DNA of 64,000 nucleotides from Thermoproteota archaeon (GCA_029258885.1 JAPDJW010000002.1:515168-579167), one strand, 5' to 3'; shown: positions 10,134-20,832, numbered from the stretch's first letter. The notes: a model not told the origin generated them from the sequence alone. Program-made: numbers and translations.

Positions 10134-10879
10134 TTCCCCTCACCTATAAGCTTCAGGAAGACATCCTCAAGAGTACTTTCCTCACCGGCCTCAACCCTAG
10201 CCTTAAGCTCCTCCAAGCTCCCCTCAGCGATTAATACTCCCTCGTTGATTACACCGACCCTCGTACAGAACCTCTCGACCATATCGAGGAGATGGCTTGA
10301 AATTAGTGCAGTAGCACCGTTGTCGACCAGCCTCTTAACCTCCTCCTTAAACACGTGCTGTGCCTCGGGGTCCATCCCAGCCATAGGCTCATCCATAATG
10401 AGAACTCTGGGCTTAACTAGGAAGGCGGCTGAAGCCAGTAGTTTCTGAAGCATGCCCCTGGAAAGTCCCTCAATAAGAGCATTAGCCTTCTCATCGAGTT
10501 CAAATACGTTAAGGTAGTATTCTACCCTCTCCCTAACTTCATCCTTAGGTATACCCCTGAGGGACCCTATAAAGTACAGGAACTCCTTAACGGTAAGATT
10601 CTGGAAGCAAACGGGGTTCTCGGGAATATACCCCACGTGCCTTAAGGCATCAACCCTATGGCGAAGGATGTCGTAGCCGTATATTCTAGCGTAGCCTCTA
10701 TCGGGCTTCAGGAGGCCAACTAAAATCTTCAACGTAGTGGTCTTTCCAGCGCCATTTGGTCCTAAAAGCCCGTAAATCTCGCCCTCACCAACCCTGAAGG
10801 ACAGGCCCCTTAACGCCTTAACCCTACCGTAACTCTTATGGAGGTCAATAATCTCGATAGGATAAACTCCGTGCATCAC
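10130..10879 (-). CDS. ABC transporter ATP-binding protein
   Basis: Walker A 'GPNGAGKTT', signature 'LSRGMLQKL', Walker B 'VLIMDEPMAGMD', H-loop 'ISSHLL'. Confidence 0.9.
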   Translation of the reverse strand: MMHGVYPIEIIDLHKSYGRVKALRGLSFRVGEGEIYGLLGPNGAGKTTTLKILVGLLKPDRGYARIYGYDILRHRVDALRHVGYIPENPVCFQNLTVKEFLYFIGSLRGIPKDEVRERVEYYLNVFELDEKANALIEGLSRGMLQKLLASAAFLVKPRVLIMDEPMAGMDPEAQHVFKEEVKRLVDNGATALISSHLLDMVERFCTRVGVINEGVLIAEGSLEELKARVEAGEESTLEDVFLKLIGEGK

Positions 10880-11095
10880 GATTAGAAGATAGAATTCAAA
10901 AATAAAAATTACGAAAGTTTAATCCCACTCGGCGAGCACGCCACATCTAACGGAGATCTACACGGGCCAACCTAGCAGTTTTGCAGACCCAAAACTGCAA
11001 AATTTAACTTGAAAGAATTCGGTAAAACCGAATAAATGTATATACTTATCTAAACTATACTATTCATCTATAGTATTAAGGATAAAGTATTGCTG

Positions 11096-11536
11096 TTACT
11101 GGCTTGGTAGTGCTACATCATCATACCTAAGCACAGATATATTATATCGTTCCGCTATAAGCTTCCTCAACGACAGTATATCCCTATCTTCAGTCATCAA
11201 ATCCTCATTAAATGCAACTGCAGTAGCAACTATAATACAATCAATAAGATCGTCGAGTAAATCACGTAGCTCGTAGGTTACGTTAACTACCTTGGAATGA
11301 TAGAATGGAACTATCTCAAAGTTCCTTATAATTGCGTTTACGGCCTTCAACACATAATCTAAGGGAACCCTCATCATCCAAGCTTTAGCCTGAAGCTCGA
11401 ATAGGGAGATTAAGCTTACCTTCAAATCCTCGAAACCAAAATCTATCTTCAGTTTCCCTAAGGCTATAGCCTTCAGCAGGTCGTATCTAACGTTTATCCT
11501 AGCTAACGGCAACAGATAAGTTGTATCTATGATCAC
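11096..11536 (-). CDS. vapC: PIN-domain toxin (VapC-like)
   Basis: N-terminal 'MIIDTTYLL' (first PIN acidic residue) and a later 'LIDCIIVATAV' segment. 4-nt overlap with the small upstream gene. Confidence 0.65.
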   Translation of the reverse strand: MIIDTTYLLPLARINVRYDLLKAIALGKLKIDFGFEDLKVSLISLFELQAKAWMMRVPLDYVLKAVNAIIRNFEIVPFYHSKVVNVTYELRDLLDDLIDCIIVATAVAFNEDLMTEDRDILSLRKLIAERYNISVLRYDDVALPSQ

Positions 11537-11775
11537 CTTTCCTCAAGCCTCCTACTTAACTCTTTACGGAACTCATTAAACCCCTCCAAATCAATCTCAG
11601 CTATTTTCTCAGAGAATATAAGCTGAAGTAGCTCGTCTCTAGCAGAGAGTTTCTCCCTCAAAATCTCGTTCAATACCTTCGAGATAGCCCTCACCGTACC
11701 ATATCTTCTAATGCTCTCCTGAACTAGCCTCTCGTAAACATCATCCTCAAGTATTACCGTTGTACGCCTAGGCAT
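11533..11775 (-). CDS. Putative antitoxin (VapB / ribbon-helix-helix-like)
   Basis: 'MPRRTTVILEDDVYERLVQESIRRYG' looks like an RHH N-terminus. Coupled to the vapC-like gene. I prefer the internal ATG at 11775 over the track start at 11799. Confidence 0.5.
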   Translation of the reverse strand: MPRRTTVILEDDVYERLVQESIRRYGTVRAISKVLNEILREKLSARDELLQLIFSEKIAEIDLEGFNEFRKELSRRLEER

Positions 11776-12056
11776 GTAGAAATATATATGCTTAAACATA
11801 TAAATGTTTAGATGATTTCACAATCAACTTAATGTTTATCTGAAACACTTTGTAATACATTTAAGGCATAGGATACACTGCCTTTTCCAGCTCCATTGTC
11901 CTTATCGATGAGGACATCAATAAATACCGACGTACAGGGCAGGACAATTATGAAATGATTGTTGTCTCTGTTAAGGTTTATATGAATTTGGGAGCTTTGA
12001 TGCTATTAATATGAACATTACTTGCAACCGCAGATAATAAAACTGATGAAGCTAAT

Positions 12057-13004
12057 TTAGAATATTACCCTTTCGCCTGGGACGCGCCTAAATGGCTGAA
12101 TGTCGCCTATGTGCCTTGCTCCAGTAATGTACCTTACGAACCTCTCAACGCCTATACCCGCGCCTGCGCTCGGTATAAGTAGCCCCTCCCTGGCCACCTG
12201 TAGATAGGTCTCAAACCTCCGTGGATCTAGGCCATCGCGCCTTATACGGCTGATAATTCGGTCGTACTCCCACTCCCTCTCACCGCCCGAGAGCGCTTCA
12301 CCGAATCCCTCGGGATATATTAAATCATAGTTCCTATAGTGTCCTGGCCTCTCGGGATCCTCCCTATCATAGAACTCTCTCTTATGGCATATAACCCAGA
12401 AGGGCTCTGTATGGTCAAGGGATGCCCTTATCTCCCAATCTGAGCCATATTTATCGATCATCTCGTGTGTAGTATATACTTCAAAGGGTGTACTCGGAAT
12501 CTTAAGGCTTCGACCAAGTATCTCGAGGTCTTCAGCATTCTCCTTAACCACGCTTTCTATAACGTATTTAACGAGCTCCTCCGTTAGCGACATTATCTCC
12601 TCCATGGTACCGTATGCAACTTCAAAATCCATCTGAGTGAACTCAAACAAATGCTTGCCAGTCTTGTACCTATCCCTGCGTTCAAACCTTACGTTCGGAG
12701 ACATTATAAATATCCTCTCAGCTCCAGTCAACAGCGAAAGCTGCTTATGTAGAATCATGCTCTGAGTAAGGAAAAGCTCCTCATCATAGTACTTAATCTT
12801 CGGAAAAGCTATAATCGAGCTGTCTGGGTCAGGGCCGAGGGGATCCGTAACCTTAGCTGTTATAACAGGCATCAGCTGAATGAACCTCTTCTTAACCATG
12901 AACTCCTGCATCCTAGTTAAAACGGTCGTCTGTATCTTCAGTATTGGAAGCATCTCACGTCTCTTAAGGTAGCTAACCGCTGACAGTAGATCCGTCCTAA
13001 GCAT
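12057..13004 (-). CDS. Class II aaRS catalytic-core paralog without anticodon-binding domain (archaeal AsnRS-like asparagine synthetase type)
   Basis: Motif 2-like 'VRFERRDRYKTGKHLFEFTQMDFEVA' and motif 3-like 'GAGIGVERFVRYI'. At 315 aa it has no N-terminal OB fold. Confidence 0.6.
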   Translation of the reverse strand: MLRTDLLSAVSYLKRREMLPILKIQTTVLTRMQEFMVKKRFIQLMPVITAKVTDPLGPDPDSSIIAFPKIKYYDEELFLTQSMILHKQLSLLTGAERIFIMSPNVRFERRDRYKTGKHLFEFTQMDFEVAYGTMEEIMSLTEELVKYVIESVVKENAEDLEILGRSLKIPSTPFEVYTTHEMIDKYGSDWEIRASLDHTEPFWVICHKREFYDREDPERPGHYRNYDLIYPEGFGEALSGGEREWEYDRIISRIRRDGLDPRRFETYLQVAREGLLIPSAGAGIGVERFVRYITGARHIGDIQPFRRVPGERVIF

Positions 13005-13124
13005 GAGGCTTTAGAATAACGCTTTAAATATAAACATTATGCATTAAAAGAGGAAAAATTTACAATAGCTTCCATGCATAAACCGGATTAAAATATAAAT
13101 CTTACATCATAATATATAAATAGC

Positions 13125-13595
13125 ATGGACAGAAAAGATCTCGAGATACTCCGGCTCCTCCAGAGGAACTGTAAGCTTAGCGTGAGGGAGATAGCTAAAA
13201 GGCTCAAAATACCTTCATCAACCGTATACGCTAGGATAAATAAGCTCGAGGAAAAGAGGGTGATAACTGGATATCATGCTAAGGTTGATGAGAAGAAGCT
13301 TGGATACGGCGTTAAGGCTTTTATACTCGTATCCTATACTCCAATGCCGATACCACAGGAGGAGGTAGCAAATAAGATAGCAGCACTGCCTCAGGTACAA
13401 GGAGTATACATAATCTCCGGAGAATGGGACATGATAGTAGAGGTCATAGAGAAGGACGTGGAGAGCTTAGGCGACTTCGTCATAAAGAAGCTTAGAAACA
13501 TCGAAGGAGTAAGCAAGACACTAACATGCGTAGTATTAAAGAAAATCAAGGAGACTACATACGTCCCTGTGGCTTTCGTTCAAGGATTTAACTAA
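13125..13595 (+). CDS. lrp: Lrp/AsnC family transcriptional regulator
   Basis: 'DRKDLEILRLLQRNCKLSVREIAKRLKIPSSTVYARINKLEEKRVITGY' HTH plus a C-terminal RAM-like domain. Divergent from the AsnRS-like gene. Confidence 0.9.
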   Translation: MDRKDLEILRLLQRNCKLSVREIAKRLKIPSSTVYARINKLEEKRVITGYHAKVDEKKLGYGVKAFILVSYTPMPIPQEEVANKIAALPQVQGVYIISGEWDMIVEVIEKDVESLGDFVIKKLRNIEGVSKTLTCVVLKKIKETTYVPVAFVQGFN

Positions 13596-13921
13596 ATGCC
13601 TGATAATTCTACAACTATACTAATCATGGCAGGTTATTGTAGCTAATAATATTTAGACCTATAAACCGAGATTTACACTTATGTTTTGCTAATGGCGAAA
13701 CAATGGGTGGGAATGATGAAATATACCACCATATCTAGAATATTGCTCAGTTTTCTCTTGACATACTTCACGGTATTTTCTTCCCTATTTCTCGACAGGA
13801 ATATATAGCAGCTGATACCTAATATTTATGAGAGCTATGGATAAAAGATTTCTTTTAAAGCCTAGAAAAAGGCTTGGAAGAATGAGGAGGAAGCGTAGAC
13901 TCGGATTAATAGTTCCATTGG

Positions 13922-14353
13922 GTGAAGGGATTGCCGGTAAGAGTAAGGGTGAGGCTGGAGAGCACAAGAAGCAGTAATAGCGTGGAGACTATAGCTTTTT
14001 TAAACACAGGATTCACCTCTGACACCCTTGATATACATATTCCACTAGACATTGCTGAGAAGCTTAAATTATGGCCGCCGCCATCGAATGCTGTGCTTGA
14101 ATCCCTTGATACATCAGGTGGTGAAGTTTTAAGCTACTTTATACCGGATGCCGTTAAATTAACCGTATTAGAGGATGATAGATGTTCAAAGACCATAACC
14201 TGCAACGCTATTATTACAACATATGAAAGAGAGGTTCTACTCTCAGACGCCGTTATAGAGGAGCTTGAGATAGAAATACTATCTCCTAAGACTGGGCTAT
14301 GGAGATTCAAAGGAGAGGAAAAGGTTAGGAGGGGATTAACCTCTGAGGATTAA
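13922..14353 (+). CDS. Hypothetical protein, retropepsin-like (AF_0612-type aspartic protease) with degenerate active site
   Basis: 'AFLNTGFTSDTLDIHIPLDIAEKL' parallels 'FMVDTGFAGGVLISLDIYTEL' of ORF 58987..59376, but Asn replaces the catalytic Asp. Confidence 0.35.
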   Translation: MKGLPVRVRVRLESTRSSNSVETIAFLNTGFTSDTLDIHIPLDIAEKLKLWPPPSNAVLESLDTSGGEVLSYFIPDAVKLTVLEDDRCSKTITCNAIITTYEREVLLSDAVIEELEIEILSPKTGLWRFKGEEKVRRGLTSED

Positions 14354-14883
14354 CCTAAAATATCAACCTAATAGGCTTCCCTGTTGAAACCTATCTACTA
14401 GGTAGAGCTTAGGATACTCTGGAGAATAAAGCTAATATACTCATTTAACATGTTAATTCTACTCGGGCGATGAAGCTGGACAGGATATAAAAATCGGTAG
14501 AAACGGACTAGTATACGTTGCAGGCTACTTAACGTCCGGACTAACGCATACATCTGACGTTCTAGATCAAGTATAAATCTAAACTGCGACCTAATATATT
14601 GGCTCGCGTATCTGATGAACGCCGACATAGATGAGGCACGCAGTATAACGGTTGTAGACCACGATATTATTGCACTAGCTGGCCCCTACGACTTCTCGAT
14701 ACTCCCCATGAATCTACCAGAATTCGCAGGCGAAACCTTCTACACCTTCATAGATGATGAAAATAATCTTAACGCTACGGTAGTTATATTCTCTAGTGGA
14801 GGACATGGAACATAATTGAGGTAATGGAACTACCCTAAATCTTTTTCAGTAAACAATTTTTATCTGAAAGCATCCTTATTCTT

Positions 14884-15351
14884 ATGCCTGACTTCTTTAC
14901 ACACGTGCTTACAGGAGTAATAGTATCGTCGATAATGGGGAAAGTAGAGCCCATAGATTTACTGCTAGCCATAGTCCTCTCGACACTGCCTGATATAGAT
15001 GCATTTATGCCTCCGCACCGAGCTCTGCTCCATTCCCTGATTGTAGTTATACCGATATCGCTCGTATCCTTTGCTCTGCTTCAAGGCATATACGGAGGCT
15101 ATAGCATAGTCGTATCACTTCTCCCATTAATCCACATCCTCCTAGATGCTTTAACTGGTGGAATACCAGTAAGGCTTTTCTATCCATTATCTAAACGCAG
15201 CTATCAGCTAAGCAATATAGTAGACAGGTTTATAGTAAAGTTGCTGAAGATGAGTCCATACGGCTACTACATTGAAGTTATAAGAGTAAACATGATACTT
15301 ACGCTACTAGCCACTTTACTGATACTTTATCGATATTTAGCTGCTACTTAG
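14884..15351 (+). CDS. Membrane-bound metal-dependent hydrolase (YdjM/DUF457 family)
   Basis: 'FFTHVLTG', 'LPDIDAFMPPHRALLHS' His/Asp pattern and 4-5 TM helices. Confidence 0.65.
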   Translation: MPDFFTHVLTGVIVSSIMGKVEPIDLLLAIVLSTLPDIDAFMPPHRALLHSLIVVIPISLVSFALLQGIYGGYSIVVSLLPLIHILLDALTGGIPVRLFYPLSKRSYQLSNIVDRFIVKLLKMSPYGYYIEVIRVNMILTLLATLLILYRYLAAT

Positions 15352-16117
15352 GCTTATGGAATACAAAACGTACCCGCACCCCTTCAATATTTCCAATTAC
15401 TTCACCTACATAGCTTATAAAAGCTTCCTTATCGGTTAAAATCTCGTAACTCCTAGGATATGTTTTCTTTAGAGCATTAATGAACTCTATTCCTGCAGCC
15501 TTAAAGTTCACGAATTCAACCATAAAATAATTTACAATATCCCTTAAATTATCTATAATCCCATTTACATCAACTAACTCAGGTATTACGGGGCTAATAT
15601 AACAGTATGTTTTTATCCCAGAATTATAAAGTTCCTCTAATGCCCTAATTCTCCTATCATGCGATGGAGGGAAAGGCTCAAATATTTCCTTTAATCTTCC
15701 CTGAAGCCCACTGACATTTAATCCAACTTCTAAGTTCCTAAATTTCCTCAAAATATCTATATCTCTGATGATAAGATCAGACTTAGTTAATATACTTAAG
15801 TTAATATCCTTATGCATACTTTCAAGCACCCTTCTAGTAAGCATTAATTTCTTTTCAACAGGTTGATAGGGATCGGAGACGGTGGACATACGTACCTTTC
15901 CATGTATAAATTTATTCTTTACAAGTTCAGGAGCATTAATCTTAGCCTCAACCCAGCTACCCCATTTGCCGTGCATTCTCCATTTACACAGAAATTTTGC
16001 ATAGCAATACAGGCATGCATGCTGACATCCAACATAATGATCAATTGAATATATGCAGTCGGAGATTTCAGTGGGGGTAAAAATGCTCTCGGTTTTAACC
16101 TTGATTATTTTAACCAT
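15344..16117 (-). CDS. Radical SAM domain protein (SplB/DNA-photolyase-like group)
   Basis: CX3CX2C in 'HYVGCQHACLYCYA'. 257 aa. Confidence 0.7.
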   Translation of the reverse strand: MVKIIKVKTESIFTPTEISDCIYSIDHYVGCQHACLYCYAKFLCKWRMHGKWGSWVEAKINAPELVKNKFIHGKVRMSTVSDPYQPVEKKLMLTRRVLESMHKDINLSILTKSDLIIRDIDILRKFRNLEVGLNVSGLQGRLKEIFEPFPPSHDRRIRALEELYNSGIKTYCYISPVIPELVDVNGIIDNLRDIVNYFMVEFVNFKAAGIEFINALKKTYPRSYEILTDKEAFISYVGEVIGNIEGVRVRFVFHKPK

Positions 16118-16303
16118 TTTTCACCATGATTTTACCGCTAGTATTAAATATAAGTTTATCTAATAACCGCGACAATATATTCTTTAGCTTATATGCTGAT
16201 CATCTTGTAAGCCTGCAAGTAATAGATATTTATGTTTTCAAACCAATAATTAAGCTTAATAGGATGTATACAGTATTTTAATCAGCCAATAACTGGGGAT
16301 AAT

Positions 16304-16687
16304 ATGTGGATGCATAAACTTAGAAAAAATTCAATGAGTCCTCTTGTTGCTACTATAATAATTGTAGCTGTATCTATAGCTCTTTCGATAGCTATTACTC
16401 TATGGATTGAAGGCATAATCGGTATCACAGGTTTTGGAAGCAGAGTAATTAGACTAGTTACCTATGGAGATATGGAGGTTAAGGGAATTGAGGTAGGTAG
16501 TCAATTTAGATTATTTCTTAAGAACCTTGGAGGGGACCCTGTCTACATAGACATGATCCTCATAGATAGTAAATATAAAGCAATATTTGTTAGTGCTAGG
16601 AATAGCGAGGGTGAAAGCAGATTAGTGGAGGATAGAACTGTAATAATGATATATCCGGGGAAACTGTTGAAATTTACGGTATTGTAA
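16304..16687 (+). CDS. Archaeal type IV pilin-like protein (class III signal peptide); likely the N-terminal part of a longer frame-shifted gene
   Basis: 'SPLVATIIIVAVSIALSIAITLW' hydrophobic N-terminus after a short charged leader. See the finding on frame continuity with 16636..18096. Confidence 0.6.
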   Translation: MWMHKLRKNSMSPLVATIIIVAVSIALSIAITLWIEGIIGITGFGSRVIRLVTYGDMEVKGIEVGSQFRLFLKNLGGDPVYIDMILIDSKYKAIFVSARNSEGESRLVEDRTVIMIYPGKLLKFTVL

Positions 16688-16959
16688 AAGGCGTAAAGCT
16701 AGCCCCTGCAACGGTTCATGAAATCACGATACATACAGCTTTAGGTCTACAGTATACTAGGCCCATTAGAGCGGAATATTGTGGCATAGGGATTGGATTA
16801 GGTAATGAAACAAATAGAGGAGCATATTGCACAGGGGTAAAGAGAGGCGATGGTAAGATAGCATGTATATTAGTTGATACCATAAAGAATAGGCTAAGAA
16901 AGAAGTTAGTAAATGGGAGAATAGAAGTATACGTTTGGGAGGAGGAGCAACCAATATAT

Positions 16960-18096
16960 GTGGAAAGCCTACCCCCTGATCTTGCTGAGATAGATCCAGA
17001 GGAGCAGGTAACATTAAAACTGTACTTTGGTATACCTCCCGGTTATGAGGATCAGCCATTAATAGTACATTTAATTTATGATGTGGAAGGGGGCGGTGAG
17101 AGAGAGGAGTTTGCATACTACATGGATCCGCCACAACCTATTTACATCTACATTCTGTGGCTTGGTGAAGATACTCCGGGATCATGGGTTGATCCAACTA
17201 TTATGAAGAGTATAGCTCAAAGTATAATTGATCCAAATCACGTTATAATGATAGATAGCTCACAGAAGCTCTACGAGTTCTTTAAAGATCCTCCAGAAGG
17301 TGCCATCATCATCAATTGCCATGGAGAGGGATTGCCAGCACCTACAAAGGACGACATATTGAATGATACAGATAGCTATATTAGCGATATATATGATGAG
17401 GGTCATGATCCCGACAATACGGGCGACCATGTTCCGGTATATATTCCAAGGTACTGGAAAATATGGTTCCGCTACGTAAGCAGTAAAATTAACGAGAAGG
17501 GTTTAATCTTCACGCATGCCGTTGGAATTTTCGGATGGTATTTAATAACTACACCTGATAGCACTAATCCAACCTACAGTCACTATGATTGGAGACCATC
17601 TATTGTATACACAGGCTCATGCTGTGGAGATAACGGCAGGTTTCACAGAGATGGTAGGTGGACAGATACAGCTATAGAGAGAAACGGCCTCAAGGAATTT
17701 CTCAATATCTCCACAATAACCTATACTACGTATCCAGTCCATGGCGAGGCAGAGAAAAGGAGTAATGATTTAGAAGATCTTGAAAAATTGTTCTTAATAA
17801 CATTCCCTGAAAAAGTAGGCGACACAGGATCAGGCTGGACAAGTTGGAGGTCGCTAAATGAGGCACCAAACCTAGTCTTCTGGTTCTACTCAACCGAGAA
17901 TATAGCAGCCGATTTCCCCTATGCTTCAATAGCAATTAAGGTTGGAAATGGATTCTTTATACATAATGCATGGCCTCCAGCCTCCGTCCTCTACACAGAA
18001 AATCCCTCATGGGACGCCAACCAATTCATAAGCTATGCCGCCATCTATTTCTCAGTCTATATATACATAAAACACTACGTACTAGGAGACATATAA
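16960..18096 (+). CDS. Hypothetical (probably secreted/surface) protein; reading frame is open upstream to 16636
   Basis: 378-aa ORF from a GTG start. The same frame has 108 stop-free codons upstream, overlapping the end of the pilin-like ORF. Confidence 0.5.
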   Translation: MESLPPDLAEIDPEEQVTLKLYFGIPPGYEDQPLIVHLIYDVEGGGEREEFAYYMDPPQPIYIYILWLGEDTPGSWVDPTIMKSIAQSIIDPNHVIMIDSSQKLYEFFKDPPEGAIIINCHGEGLPAPTKDDILNDTDSYISDIYDEGHDPDNTGDHVPVYIPRYWKIWFRYVSSKINEKGLIFTHAVGIFGWYLITTPDSTNPTYSHYDWRPSIVYTGSCCGDNGRFHRDGRWTDTAIERNGLKEFLNISTITYTTYPVHGEAEKRSNDLEDLEKLFLITFPEKVGDTGSGWTSWRSLNEAPNLVFWFYSTENIAADFPYASIAIKVGNGFFIHNAWPPASVLYTENPSWDANQFISYAAIYFSVYIYIKHYVLGDI

Positions 18097-18274
18097 AATA
18101 CTTAAATAATGCATAAGTTTTCCAGAATAAAATATAGCTTAGATTACGTAGATAGTTAGTAAAGCCAGACATACTAAGTCTATAACTCACAGAATACGCA
18201 TACTCAGGAACCTTAACCATCTGACCATTCATCATCTGAAATATTTATCATTATTATAATAAATAAATTATTCA

Positions 18275-18610
18275 ATGTACATAAGGAACTGCGATATAAA
18301 GAAGGTGCTAATTGGAGTCCCCAAGGGACACAAACACCTAAGAATAGCATTAATCCTAGAAAACGGCGAAACAATAGTATTCAGCGAAGCAACCATAGCC
18401 AACATCACAAGAGCCTACATAACAATAAAAACACACCCAACAATACGAGCAATAGAACTAGAGAAGAAAACCCTAGACAAAGAATCTATAAAAGAGGGAT
18501 ACGCAGAATGCCAACTACTCGAAACCAGCAGACAACCAGATGAAGTAGAGAATGAAATCAATAAAATTATGAGTAGCCAAATGTTTCTACCCAGCAATCT
18601 TTCTGTCTAG
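18275..18610 (+). CDS. Hypothetical protein
   Basis: 111-aa ORF with an ATG start in an otherwise empty intergenic interval. No recognisable motif. Confidence 0.35.
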   Translation: MYIRNCDIKKVLIGVPKGHKHLRIALILENGETIVFSEATIANITRAYITIKTHPTIRAIELEKKTLDKESIKEGYAECQLLETSRQPDEVENEINKIMSSQMFLPSNLSV

Positions 18611-18759
18611 CTTGCACATTTAGGATAAAACCTTTTACCATAAAACTTTTTACCCTAAAAGCATTTATCCTATACGTTGTCCCTTGATAGAGAGGAGTTG
18701 GCCTTAATCGAGAGCAATATTAATCTAGAGGCATACAGGTAGAATATAGAAAAATATAG

Positions 18760-19623
18760 TTAGGATTCGTGGAGCTTCTTTAAATCCTCAAGCACATTTG
18801 TGAATAACAGCTCCTTTTCGGTGACTCCGGTAACGTTAACTAGACCGTATCCTCTACTCTTCAGCGCACCGATTTGTAACCCAAAGTTTTTAATGTAGTC
18901 GAGTGTAGCCTTGAAAAGCTTATATTCGGGACTATTATCCTTGATGCCCTTAAGCACTATCTTAAAACTAAATTGCGTGCCTGGAGGTATGAGTTCGTAT
19001 GTTACAAGCGCTCCCTTCCTAGCAGTCATAGTCTTTCTATCAATTCCTATTATAGTCCTGAAGATCGTGTTTACTGGTTCAAGGGGGATAGCTGAAGTAA
19101 AGGATACTCTGCTGGCAATATTGCGTGATCCATAGAGTCTACATATCGGACATAGTAGTGGCAATACATATGATAGTGCAAGCTTGGCCTTCGCCGTAGC
19201 ATCCTTCCTCCTCTCCCTAATGCTATTCAATATAGCTTTAGCTTTATCTGAGGGAACTCCAAGTTCAATTAACATGGATTCATCGATTCCCAGCCTATTG
19301 AAAAGGTCTATGGGATTCTTAACTTCATGTTCATCCTCCCTATGATTCATTATACAGATTTTCTCCACGTCGTTCCTAGCGAGGCTATCAACGCTAGCCT
19401 TAGATAGGACTTCACTTGTAGCCCTAAACACTCCCTTAATCGTATTAGAGGGTATTACAGGAGTCATTCTACCTAAACGAGGAACATAGACTTTGAATAA
19501 TGGTTGCAGGCTTTCGCCACGAGCACCTGTGCCTATGTGTAACGGCGAGGCAACCTCCAGCTTAACCTCATATATCCTAATAGGAGTATACTCAAATAAG
19601 CTCGAAATGACGTTTCTTATCAT
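18760..19623 (-). CDS. cas7: Type III RAMP subunit, Cas7-like (Csm3/Cmr4/Cmr6 group)
   Basis: 'PLHIGTG', 'IPSNTIKGVFR', 'CPICRLYGS', 'GIDRKTMTARKGALVTYELIPPGT', G-rich loop 'ALKSRGYGLV'. Last gene of the operon. Confidence 0.75.
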   Translation of the reverse strand: MIRNVISSLFEYTPIRIYEVKLEVASPLHIGTGARGESLQPLFKVYVPRLGRMTPVIPSNTIKGVFRATSEVLSKASVDSLARNDVEKICIMNHREDEHEVKNPIDLFNRLGIDESMLIELGVPSDKAKAILNSIRERRKDATAKAKLALSYVLPLLCPICRLYGSRNIASRVSFTSAIPLEPVNTIFRTIIGIDRKTMTARKGALVTYELIPPGTQFSFKIVLKGIKDNSPEYKLFKATLDYIKNFGLQIGALKSRGYGLVNVTGVTEKELLFTNVLEDLKKLHES

Positions 19624-20831
19624 TTAATCACCTCCTCCAAGGATAATGGACCTGAAATATAATCCGTAGACATTGGAAGCAAGTGGCTGAGGCCGTAGGC
19701 TGCTAATTCATTAACCCCTAAAACCAGCATTGATGCAAAAAGTTCAGCTATAGAATGTATATCGCCATCCAGGTGGTCTACCTTATAGATGATCACGCTA
19801 CCACTAACCAGCGTCCTTAGAACCATCTTTGGATAACCCGTCTTCAGAGAGTAACCGCCGTATCTGCCATAACCACCTACGGATCCTATCAGCTTCAACC
19901 TAGCTTCAGCGTTGAACTCCTTATGCATTTTCATCCAGTCGGTCGGCAACGTTAACGTATCTCTGAGAATACGTCCTCTAAGGAGTCCTTCGGGATCAAA
20001 GCTAGCATAAGGCGTAAAACACACGAAGAACATATTTGCTCCCTCATCTAGGTCTAGATTGTCTAAGTTTAGGCGTTTAATCAAGTCCTCGACACTTATT
20101 CGTCTCAGTTTCAATGTAGCTCTACCGAAGCCCCTGCTGACGCCTCTGCCTATTCCAACCCTAATCTCCTTGACATTATTAAGTATTCCTTTACTATCCA
20201 CGATAAATCCCCTAAAGGATTGGTCTCTGGAAATAGCTTCATAGTAGAAGAACATTTCACTTTCAACGCTGCGTCTACCCCTATGCAGACCTATATTGAC
20301 CGAAACTTCATGCGCTGAATTACGTCTAAACCATACATCCCCTATTTTCACGGCAATCGCTCCGGTACATCTCTTAAACTCAAGTGGATTAAATATCGTC
20401 TGCTTCTTCTTTGCAGATAGTTCCATACCTAATTTAGAAAATCTTTTCTCAAGTTCCTCAACGTATCGGCTAATATCTGATATTGCTTTCTTTTCATAAC
20501 CACTTAAGATAGACACTATAGGCTGTCCATAGTCTCCGATGGAATGCTTTGAAACCCTAGAGAAGGCATGTGCAATACATAGATTACTAAATAGCATGGG
20601 CTCTTCAAGATCACCGCTAAAATATGCCGAAGAAATAGAGAGGGAGGGATTATCTACTTCCTCCTCTAGATCCTTTAAGTCGATATATCCTCTTTCATAT
20701 AGGGCGGTAAGTAGACCTCCCCTCACAACTGATCCGGGGATTAAGTCATCGTAGGATTTATATCCTAACCTACCTACTTTCCTAGTTACTATAGCTGGAG
20801 ATAGGAGATTTAATTCATACTCATATATCAA
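19620..20831 (-). CDS. Type III RAMP subunit, Cas5-family (Csx10 / Csm4 / Cmr3-like)
   Basis: 403 aa. 'LIPGSVVRGGLLTAL' near the N-terminus and G-rich loop 'GIGRGVSRGFGRATL'. Sits downstream of cas10 among cas7 genes. Confidence 0.55.
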   Translation of the reverse strand: MIYEYELNLLSPAIVTRKVGRLGYKSYDDLIPGSVVRGGLLTALYERGYIDLKDLEEEVDNPSLSISSAYFSGDLEEPMLFSNLCIAHAFSRVSKHSIGDYGQPIVSILSGYEKKAISDISRYVEELEKRFSKLGMELSAKKKQTIFNPLEFKRCTGAIAVKIGDVWFRRNSAHEVSVNIGLHRGRRSVESEMFFYYEAISRDQSFRGFIVDSKGILNNVKEIRVGIGRGVSRGFGRATLKLRRISVEDLIKRLNLDNLDLDEGANMFFVCFTPYASFDPEGLLRGRILRDTLTLPTDWMKMHKEFNAEARLKLIGSVGGYGRYGGYSLKTGYPKMVLRTLVSGSVIIYKVDHLDGDIHSIAELFASMLVLGVNELAAYGLSHLLPMSTDYISGPLSLEEVIK

Positions 20832-20832
20832 A

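Noticed and set aside
10975-11033. Two perfect hairpins (GCAGTTTTG-cagacc-CAAAACTGC at 10975..10998, and ATTCGGT-aaa-ACCGAAT at 11017..11033) in the intergenic region between vapC and the ABC operon. Considered as an ncRNA, tRNA fragment or regulatory site.
   Set aside because: They are too short and isolated to support an RNA gene and have no tRNA-like cloverleaf. They may be terminator- or operator-like, but I cannot support a call. The shared 10-mer GCAGTTTTGC with the CRISPR leaders is within chance expectation.
14398-14815. Overlapping small ORFs 14398..14628 (-) and 14615..14815 (+).
   Set aside because: No motifs, mutually overlapping, and in a region that may simply be intergenic. 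Support is insufficient.
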